Part shown: one piece after another, positions 57,398-64,000 of the stretch
Layout of the letters: every line of letters starts with the position of its first letter
Position numbering within the stretch: the stretch's first letter is position 1
The notes under the pieces: model-generated
Told to the model about the DNA's origin: nothing
What the model saw: only the letters and a program-made list of their open reading frames with translations
The model's database searches: none
IMG/VR virus record: IMGVR_UViG_3300042258_000341
Span: 32,001 to 96,000 of that record
Reading direction: 5' to 3' (one strand)
DNA from: a virus
Taxonomy: Duplodnaviria; Caudoviricetes
DNA length: 64,000 nucleotides
Made by a program: the position numbers and the translations under genes

Positions 57398-58354
57398 CTA
57401 TTTCAACAAATATTCTTGTGTCTTTTGTAAGAAAGAGGACATCGCCGGTATAAATTCAGAAGTATTTAGACTCGCTTCTGTTTCAGACAATGTGAGACTG
57501 AATTTTAATAAAGAGACCGTTGATATATTTGCATATTTTTTCAGCATCCTGTTTTTAAATTCCGAAGAGGTATTTTTCTGTGATAATTGTGAATTTATCA
57601 ACATAAGATCGAAAATTGCCCGGTAAATAGCACTAATGACAAATCTACTTTCAGGCACTTCTGTGTAAATGCTGCAAAGATGTGTAAATAGAATATCTTT
57701 TGATTCTGTTGTGGGTTGAGTTAAAAAGAAATATAACTGTTCGTGAAGCTGAAAATATTTAATCGTTTCTTTTACAGGGAGAAAAGTATTGAAGAGTTTA
57801 CGTTCCCACACGTACTTATCATCTTCTTGTTGCAAACAAACTAAAAGAGCTTCCTCAGCTTTAAGTAAAAAAGAAGAAATGTCTTCGGACTTATTGTAAA
57901 GATTTTCCAAATCGGTAGTAATTACGGGAATTGATTCTTTTACTGTTTCCGGGGTATTTGTAACCTTTAAAAGAAATTGTAAAAAGAATTGAAAATTATT
58001 CTTTGTTTTATCCGCTTCTGTTATTTTTTGTGCGGTTTTAAATTCTTCAGAAAAAGGAGTGAAGACTTCTTCTGGTAAAGAAACGAATATTTTATCTTCA
58101 CAGTCTATTCGCAACCCCGGCAAGATTTTTTTAAATTCTTCTTTATTGGTAATTTGTAAGAAATAATTTCTGTGCCCGAACAAACAAGAACTTCGAATAT
58201 CTTCTATAAAATTTTCAGGGGTTCTTGTTTCACATCCGAATTTATTCATTACTTTTGTTAAAACTTCCGCTTTAAACACCCCTGTTTTAAAGGGGTAAAA
58301 GCAAAGTCTTCGTAATGTTGTTTTAGGATTAAGGATAAATTCAATATCTTGCAT
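57398..58354 (-). CDS. Hypothetical protein, possibly a clamp-loader delta-like subunit
   Basis: Adjacent to the delta'-like gene and similar size; weak support. Confidence 0.4.
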   Translation of the reverse strand: MQDIEFILNPKTTLRRLCFYPFKTGVFKAEVLTKVMNKFGCETRTPENFIEDIRSSCLFGHRNYFLQITNKEEFKKILPGLRIDCEDKIFVSLPEEVFTPFSEEFKTAQKITEADKTKNNFQFFLQFLLKVTNTPETVKESIPVITTDLENLYNKSEDISSFLLKAEEALLVCLQQEDDKYVWERKLFNTFLPVKETIKYFQLHEQLYFFLTQPTTESKDILFTHLCSIYTEVPESRFVISAIYRAIFDLMLINSQLSQKNTSSEFKNRMLKKYANISTVSLLKFSLTLSETEASLNTSEFIPAMSSFLQKTQEYLLK

Positions 58355-59227
58355 TTATTTTAAAGTCTGTTTAAGAATAAAAATAGAAGAAAGAAGGTTT
58401 TTGAACTGATTTTCTCTGTTGATCTCGGTGTTCTGGTAATTTAATACCCCGGGAGCAAATTTACATTTTATTTTATCCAGATAAAACATATAATGCAGAC
58501 TCCCGTATTCTTTTGTTTTTACTGCTTGAAATAAGATATACGAAAGAACAAAAGTAATTACATGGTTTTTTTCATATTCCGGTAAAGGCTTTATTTTTGT
58601 GAAAAAGCCTCCTATTTTATCCTGTAAATCCGCAAGATCGTTTGTTTTCAAAAGCCAGTCGGTAAAAAGAGTTTCCAGCTCGTAAGTGAAGAAAACTTCG
58701 ATTTCGAACATAGTGGTAAATGGGAATTTATCAAGAATCGAAATTAAATGTTGTCTGCCGGGAATATTCTTTAAGATTTCTATTTGTCTTTCTTTTCGAA
58801 GAGTATTAAAAAAATAAACATGCAGTCTTGATATTAATGCTGGGGGTAGTAATTCTATATTATTGGTTAAAACAAAAGTGTGATAATGCCGAGGCTCTTC
58901 AAGTTTCTTGAGAAGAAAATTAATTGTAGCAGCAGATAAAAATTCAACATTATTTATAACTAACCACTTATACGACAATTCTTTTGCGGGAGAATTAAAA
59001 ACTGAAAGATCTTCCTTAATTTCTTCAACAGATTCGTTCCCTTTTATTTCAAGAATATCAGGACTACCTTCTATTCTATTGTGTAAAGAAACAGGAGTAT
59101 GTTGTTTTATTATTTCAAAAACAGTTGTCCTTTTACCCACACCTTTATCCCCGTAAAATAACGAAAGAGCTTTTTCTTTCGCAAGCCTTTCCAAACTAAA
59201 AGCTTTATCCTGTAATTCTTTTTTCAT
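58355..59227 (-). CDS. Clamp-loader / DNA Pol III delta'-like AAA+ protein
   Basis: FYGDKGVGKRT, PDILEI, N.LLK.LEEP, ALISR. Confidence 0.75.
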   Translation of the reverse strand: MKKELQDKAFSLERLAKEKALSLFYGDKGVGKRTTVFEIIKQHTPVSLHNRIEGSPDILEIKGNESVEEIKEDLSVFNSPAKELSYKWLVINNVEFLSAATINFLLKKLEEPRHYHTFVLTNNIELLPPALISRLHVYFFNTLRKERQIEILKNIPGRQHLISILDKFPFTTMFEIEVFFTYELETLFTDWLLKTNDLADLQDKIGGFFTKIKPLPEYEKNHVITFVLSYILFQAVKTKEYGSLHYMFYLDKIKCKFAPGVLNYQNTEINRENQFKNLLSSIFILKQTLK

Positions 59228-59424
59228 TTTTCAACAGTCCTCTTTAAAATATCTTTTTTCATATTCGCTATTTCAGATAAAATAAGGTCTCCGATTGCAA
59301 TTTGGGAAAACCTTAAATATTCCGAATCGATTTTTTTTTGCAGGGAATATTTTTCATTGTTATATAACATAACAATGCGTAAAATATCGTTCTTCAATTC
59401 AATTTTTTTTATTTTTATACTCAT
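59224..59424 (-). CDS. Hypothetical protein
   Basis: ATGA-coupled small ORF. Confidence 0.5.
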   Translation of the reverse strand: MSIKIKKIELKNDILRIVMLYNNEKYSLQKKIDSEYLRFSQIAIGDLILSEIANMKKDILKRTVEK

Positions 59425-59569
59425 AACATAGATGAATAAACGATTATCTGTATATCATGGTTTAAAACCGATTCCCGTTGATTTACACAGTGTTTTAAAA
59501 GAGGGGGCGAAGGGTTTGGAAAACCCCTGCCCCCGAAAACTAAGAATAGTGTGGATATTCTTAGGAGGC

Positions 59570-59983
59570 TTACGTAATTTTTTCAAGAAGAGCGATAGTA
59601 ACAATTTCTTGCGAAGCGTCTGTTACTTCTTTTTTAATTTCTGCTTTTGATCTGCGGTTTCGTAAAGGGAGCATTTCAACCGGAGGCTCCACCCCGAGTT
59701 CTCGCATTCTTTTTACTTGTAAGTTACTTAGCCTAACAGCAATATTTTTTGATTTTTCTTTTTTCTTGGGTTTCAAATGTTCGGGGACTTCAATTCCCAT
59801 ATACTGTAATTTTTTTACTTCCCCTTTTTTCAGAGGCTCGGATAAAGTGACATGTCCTGCAGCTAACGCTCTTTTATATTCTTCGATTCTTTCTTTGATA
59901 TCTTTTTTCTGCCACAGGGATTTTATTTGTCCTTTTTGTGTACCTTTGAAGAAATGTTTTGTAAGTAATTTATATTCCGACAT
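59570..59983 (-). CDS. Basic hypothetical protein
   Basis: GGAG RBS. Confidence 0.55.
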   Translation of the reverse strand: MSEYKLLTKHFFKGTQKGQIKSLWQKKDIKERIEEYKRALAAGHVTLSEPLKKGEVKKLQYMGIEVPEHLKPKKKEKSKNIAVRLSNLQVKRMRELGVEPPVEMLPLRNRRSKAEIKKEVTDASQEIVTIALLEKIT

Positions 59984-59998
59984 TTTAAGGTATCTCCT

Positions 59999-60232
59999 CT
60001 ATCTTTTTACCGTAACAGAAGTTTTTACACTCTTTCTTTTCGTAAGAAGAGCGATTTCTTCTGGCGTTGGGTTATCAAGAGTAACGTCCTCTCGAATTTG
60101 CAAAGCGTATTTGTTATAACACTCTGTGCAGACCCGGTATTTATCTTGCACAACGCCTTCTCGACAGAAAGCGATATGTAAAGGTTTTATTTTTCTCGAA
60201 ACAGGTTGTTTGCAAATATCACAAGTTGTCAT
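59999..60232 (-). CDS. Small Zn-finger protein
   Basis: CDIC...CTEC. Confidence 0.55.
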   Translation of the reverse strand: MTTCDICKQPVSRKIKPLHIAFCREGVVQDKYRVCTECYNKYALQIREDVTLDNPTPEEIALLTKRKSVKTSVTVKR

Positions 60233-60389
60233 TCTTTCTTCTCACTTTCTTGTATTTTTATTTTTCTTCGTATTAATTTATCCCGAAAAAGATACAAAGG
60301 ACAATCTTGACGTGGGCAGAGAATAATTTCCTCTCTACTCCCACACGAACATTCGAGGCATTTATCAAGAATCGCTTGTAAAGGGGATT

Positions 60390-60842
60390 TCATCTTACTT
60401 TGTAATGCGGGTCGTCGTATTCGAAAACCGCCACTCCTTTCGGAATATTGTATGTGCTTAATACTGTGTTTTCAAGCTTTTCATTACCTTTGTATATGCT
60501 GGGGAGGAAAATAAGGAAAGTGGGGTGTTCTAAATCATGAATGTAAGAAATTCTACCTCTTGGCACAGACATGTAATTCTTATTGACCCATTCCGGATTT
60601 TGTTTCTGTATTTTAGACCAGAGGTTGTAATGATTGTCGGGGTTTACTTTAATTCCGTTAAGCAGTTCCCCATCTCGTAAAGAAACGGATTCCCCGATCA
60701 ACTCGAAAGAATTGTTTGTTTCTTTTATCCAGAAAACTCCGAGTTGTGGAGCTGCCGCAGTTTTATTCATTGCCATATATTCGGACTCTTTATTTCGAAT
60801 AAAGAGTTCTGTAGAAAGATTCGAAATAGATTGTATCGACAT
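60390..60842 (-). CDS. Hypothetical phage protein (NKTA site, VPRGR motif)
   Basis: ATG at 60842 directly after the 60844 stop; GVFW...H...W...PRGR. Confidence 0.55.
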   Translation of the reverse strand: MSIQSISNLSTELFIRNKESEYMAMNKTAAAPQLGVFWIKETNNSFELIGESVSLRDGELLNGIKVNPDNHYNLWSKIQKQNPEWVNKNYMSVPRGRISYIHDLEHPTFLIFLPSIYKGNEKLENTVLSTYNIPKGVAVFEYDDPHYKVR

Positions 60843-60843
60843 T

Positions 60844-61161
60844 TTATTTACCTTCTCTTTCATAAAATTTTTCAGCTTCAGCATTTGCAAAAGCGGTTTC
60901 TATTTCAGCCATATATTCTTCTTCGAAGAGTTCGGAAATCACAGGGAAGTCTTCAGTTCCCTTTATTTCTTTGTATTCTTTTTCCTCGGCTTTTGCAATC
61001 ATAAAGGAATCTGTATGGAAATCCACAAGATTCCAGCCTTGTGAAACGAAACCGAATTCATCATCATATCCCGCTTCTTCCCATTCCGGCTGAGAGTAAG
61101 TTGCAAGAACCATAATTTCTTTATCGTCCCACACAATACTTTTTTCAATTTCGATTGCCAT
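60844..61161 (-). CDS. Acidic hypothetical protein
   Basis: AGGGGG RBS; preceded by the conserved promoter-like motif. Confidence 0.6.
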   Translation of the reverse strand: MAIEIEKSIVWDDKEIMVLATYSQPEWEEAGYDDEFGFVSQGWNLVDFHTDSFMIAKAEEKEYKEIKGTEDFPVISELFEEEYMAEIETAFANAEAEKFYEREGK

Positions 61162-61185
61162 TTTTAAGCCCCCTGTTTTTATTTC

Positions 61186-61219
61186 TTATTTATATATAGT
61201 AAAAAAACAACAAAATTTT
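61186..61219 (-). promoter_or_regulatory. Conserved promoter-like motif (minus-strand copy)
   Basis: Reverse complement reads AAAATTTTGTTGTTTTTTTACTATATATAAATAA. Confidence 0.55.
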
Positions 61220-61247
61220 AACCTTTTTTACAGAAAATAAAAAAAAT

Positions 61248-61273
61248 AAGCCTCTTTTTTGTAAAAGAGGCTT
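61248..61273 (-). terminator. Terminator closing the tRNA/ncRNA unit
   Basis: AAGCCTCTTTT...AAAAGAGGCTT with T-tract on the minus strand. Confidence 0.7.
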
Positions 61274-61425
61274 GCAAGGTTGAGGTAGAGAGGCAAATCA
61301 CGGTGTGATTAAGAGCATAAATTTAAAGCAGCGTGAAATGTTCTTGTAAACAAAGTTCCACGAGATATCGTTTTCAAAGGCTGTTTGAAGTTGATATTAA
61401 TCAGTTGAACATTCCACCTGCACAG

Positions 61426-61534
61426 CACTGGAAGTAGGATTCGAACCCACAATTTTTTAAAGTGTCTTCTATTCCGAAGAACAGAGATGCATCCAGAAAC
61501 TTTAAAAATATTTTACCACTTAAATTATCCCAGT
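61426..61534 (-). ncRNA. tRNA-like RNA with expanded anticodon arm (tRNA mimic or intron-containing tRNA)
   Basis: Acceptor ACTGGGA/TTCCAGT, D arm ATTT-AAGTGGTA-AAAT, T arm GTGGG-TTCGAAT-CCTAC, 9-bp TTTTTAAAG/CTTTAAAAA stem enclosing 37 nt. Confidence 0.75.
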
Positions 61535-61583
61535 GTTTGAGAAGCATTTCAGCTTCTTTACGTTATGTGGTTACTTTTAAAAA

Positions 61584-61754
61584 TTACATTTCCGAAACGC
61601 TGCGTTTTCGAAATTCTTTTCCGATTCGGTTTCCGATTTCTGTAGTTGCTTTACGAATTCTTTTTGCAGCAGCTTTATTACCTGCTTTAACCTTGTCGGC
61701 ATTTTCTTCAATAATTTTACATTGTTCCAAAAGAGCGTCGATCAATTTTTCCAT
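61584..61754 (-). CDS. Hc1-family histone H1-like protein (56 aa, not in ORF track)
   Basis: MEKLIDALLEQ...GNKAAAKRIRKATTEIG...KEFRKRSV matches the Hc1 GNKAA..R.RK...KEFRK.S pattern; AGGAG RBS. Confidence 0.75.
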   Translation of the reverse strand: MEKLIDALLEQCKIIEENADKVKAGNKAAAKRIRKATTEIGNRIGKEFRKRSVSEM

Positions 61755-62009
61755 TTACAAAAAATCTCCTGTTAAAATATTTAAGAACATAATTAAGACA
61801 GAGATCATATCCCCCGGAAAGCGTCCTAACCGGGGGATAGTGCAAACAAAATCAAGATACTCCGTAAAGAAATAATCTTGTATCTCAGAGATCCCTGTAA
61901 ATGCACCTGAGAATCATTAAAGGCTCCCCAAATTTGAGCTTGCTGGAAGATTTTATCCAGTAGAGGCTAAGGGGAGAACTTTTGGAGACCTGTAATTAAG
62001 ACAGATCAT

Positions 62010-62083
62010 TGCGAATGACGAGACTCGAACTCGCAACTTTCAGCTTGGAAGGCTGACACTCTAGCCAATTGAGTTACATTCGC
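62010..62083 (-). tRNA. tRNA-Gly(TCC)
   Basis: GCGAATG...CTTCCAA anticodon loop...GTTCGAGTC...CATTCGCA. Confidence 0.92.
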
Positions 62084-62091
62084 AAGTGCAG

Positions 62092-62177
62092 TGCCAGTAG
62101 TCGGGGTCGAACCGACACGCCCCCGTAAGGGCAACGGATTTTAAGTCCGTTACGTCTGCCTATTCCGTCATACTGGC
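62092..62177 (-). tRNA. tRNA-Leu(TAA)
   Basis: GCCAGTA...CTTAAAA loop, long variable arm, GGTTCGACCCC. Confidence 0.92.
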
Positions 62178-62183
62178 AAGGAA

Positions 62184-62256
62184 CAGGGGCTACAGGACTC
62201 GAACCTATATTACCAGAGTCAAAGTCTGGTGTCCTGACCAATTGGACGAAACCCCT
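62184..62256 (-). tRNA. tRNA-Gln(TTG)
   Basis: AGGGGTT...CTTTGAC loop...GGTTCGAGTCC...AGCCCCTG. Confidence 0.9.
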
Positions 62257-62480
62257 ATTTATTTCGTAATTTTATTTTCAAATATCTGCGTAAGAATTTC
62301 ACTTACATTCTACATATACTTAAAAAACAAGAATATTACAAAACTATTTTTATTTTTCTTCTTTATCGTCCACCGTGGGGGCGTTTGCAATTTCTCGTAT
62401 CAAATAAACAACCATTATGCCGTAAATGACCGAAACCCAAATAAGAAAAGTTCTTAAATTTTCCCAAGTAATAATGTCTT

Positions 62481-62690
62481 TCATTTCAAATTACTCTTTT
62501 GCTGCAGATAAAGAACAGGATTTAAGTTAGGGCGTTGAGAAAAAAACAATCCCGTTTTTAAATGTCTTATGTCTTTTTTAACTTCTTTCAGTTGCATATT
62601 TATTTGAAGAAGCATAATAAGTATAAGAAAAAATAAAAAAGTGAGGCAACTAAAAGTAAACTTCTGTATTTTAAGAATTTCTTGAATCAT
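62481..62690 (-). CDS. Small membrane protein
   Basis: One hydrophobic helix; ATGA overlap. Confidence 0.5.
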   Translation of the reverse strand: MIQEILKIQKFTFSCLTFLFFLILIMLLQINMQLKEVKKDIRHLKTGLFFSQRPNLNPVLYLQQKSNLK

Positions 62691-63127
62691 TTTTTAATCC
62701 TATCTTCTTTAAGAAAGGTTTGCTTGAAATTGTCCAAAGTCTGCAATTGTGAAACAAGAGAATTAAGTTCGAGTGTTAAATTTTCCATGTTTTCTTGTAA
62801 AGCCAGCTCGTAAACGTCAAGCATCTTTTTTACAAACTCCTGAGAAACGCAGAAAACTTTTAAATTTAACTTATCGAAGACAAGGGTTCTTTCTATTGTT
62901 TCCAGAATCCCTTGTTGAACTGCCCATTGGGTTAGAAGATATTTGAAGAAAGATTCCGGGATTTCTACAATATTCGGGAAAGGATTATTCACACTTTCTT
63001 TCAAAGAAGCGTCTAATTTTTTAAAACATTTTAAAGTAGCCTCTATGCTCTTTTTTTCCGGCAATGTTATTTCATCCAAAGGGGCTTCGGGAAGAAAATA
63101 AATGAATTTTTTGTATGTGTTTGTCAT
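62687..63127 (-). CDS. Hypothetical protein
   Basis: AAGGT RBS. Confidence 0.6.
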   Translation of the reverse strand: MTNTYKKFIYFLPEAPLDEITLPEKKSIEATLKCFKKLDASLKESVNNPFPNIVEIPESFFKYLLTQWAVQQGILETIERTLVFDKLNLKVFCVSQEFVKKMLDVYELALQENMENLTLELNSLVSQLQTLDNFKQTFLKEDRIKK

Positions 63128-63147
63128 TATATTAAAATACCTTTCTT

Positions 63148-63954
63148 TTACAGATAAAGGACGTTTGCAGAAACGAGAAGTATCCGGTTTACGTCAAAAG
63201 TTGTCATATCTTCTTCGCTGGGGATGTCTTTGCTGTCGTAAATCCGGGGTCTTTTCGGGATTAAATCGAGAAGAACGATGTGAGGCATGTTTTCTTCGGT
63301 CATGATTTGAGAACTGAAATACAGATGATGGGTTCCTTTTTTTGTGTAGTAATAAGGAGTTGCGTAATTAAGATCAAAAATAACCCCAAGAAATGCTTTT
63401 TGAAACACAGAAACAAAAGTTTGTTTGTTGAAGAATTTAAAAGGAGAGGAAATAAAAACATTGTCTTGGATTGTTTTTAAGATAAAATTAAACAAAGAAT
63501 TGTCCGTAACTTCACGGATTACAATATTTGCGGAGTTATTTTCTTTTTGCCCCGGTTTCGACAGATAGCACGATTCAAATTTCTTTGTAAAATCCAGACT
63601 CACAACCATCTCCTTGTTTTCAAGTTTTTTGTAATCATCCCAGAACTTAGAAGTTTCTTCAAAAGAAGCCTCCGGCACAGAAACAGGAGTATCTTCTTTT
63701 ATTGTAGAAATAATTCTCTTAGCCGGGGTTTTTTCTTCTTTTTGTGAAGGAGTGGACAAGAAAGCCAAGTCTTCTTCTGCAGAGTCTATTAAATTATCCA
63801 GATCCTCAGTCACATCTACAGAAGGTTTTTCTTTTTTCACAACAACTTTCTTTTTTACCGTTTGAGGGGGAGCTTCTTTTTTTATCAGAGTTGGGGCTTT
63901 AACTTCTACAACAGGCTCATTTTCCAACAAAGAGTCCATCAAATCATCTTCCAA
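63148..63954 (-). CDS. Hypothetical protein, probably truncated by the window edge
   Basis: Frame appears to stay open to position 64000. Confidence 0.6.
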   Translation of the reverse strand: MEDDLMDSLLENEPVVEVKAPTLIKKEAPPQTVKKKVVVKKEKPSVDVTEDLDNLIDSAEEDLAFLSTPSQKEEKTPAKRIISTIKEDTPVSVPEASFEETSKFWDDYKKLENKEMVVSLDFTKKFESCYLSKPGQKENNSANIVIREVTDNSLFNFILKTIQDNVFISSPFKFFNKQTFVSVFQKAFLGVIFDLNYATPYYYTKKGTHHLYFSSQIMTEENMPHIVLLDLIPKRPRIYDSKDIPSEEDMTTFDVNRILLVSANVLYL

Positions 63955-64000
63955 TTCTGCAGTTTCAAGAGTATCTTCCGGTGTTTCAGGTTTTAAAACA

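Noticed and set aside
61462..61875. 137-aa + strand ORF and the many other short antisense ORFs in the track
   Set aside because: They are shadow frames overlapping better-supported opposite-strand genes or RNAs (here Hc1 and the tRNA-like RNA), with no RBS or motifs.
1..64000. Alternative genetic code (stop-codon reassignment as in some large phages)
   Set aside because: Core genes are full length under code 11 and TGA/TAG stops coincide with next-gene starts; no suppressor tRNA is seen.

Overview
The window is a 64-kb, AT-rich segment of a large contractile-tailed (myovirus/jumbo-like) dsDNA phage using the standard genetic code. The + strand (1-46.6 kb) carries the virion core: putative prohead protease, scaffold, decoration protein, major capsid protein, putative neck/tail-completion proteins, tail sheath, tail tube and large terminase. 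These are interleaved with accessory genes (frameshifted SF2 helicase, vWA protein, Dam-type MTase, metallophosphoesterase, Rnl1-type RNA ligase, kinase). The - strand (46.7-64 kb) carries recombination/replication genes (RecA, RuvC-like, SSB-like, C-terminal half of SbcC, clamp-loader-like), an Hc1 histone-like gene and tRNAs. Main observations: (1) at least 12 proteins with otherwise different bodies (two ADP-ribosyltransferase-like, a kinase, a papain-like enzyme, an HsdS-like domain, three modular LRR proteins and others) share an N-terminal leader M-I-x-(K/R)-Y-S-x-L, often followed by K/R-x-A. This looks like a capsid-targeting/processing signal for a virion-delivered effector arsenal. 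(2) Three paralogous Zn-ribbon/HNH/Hef-like nucleases each sit directly behind a core structural gene, each with a promoter embedded in an RBS-sequestering hairpin. (3) A tRNA-shaped RNA has its anticodon loop replaced by a structured 37-nt insert and lies in a cluster of other structured non-coding segments. All functional calls come from motif recognition by eye; no database searches were run.
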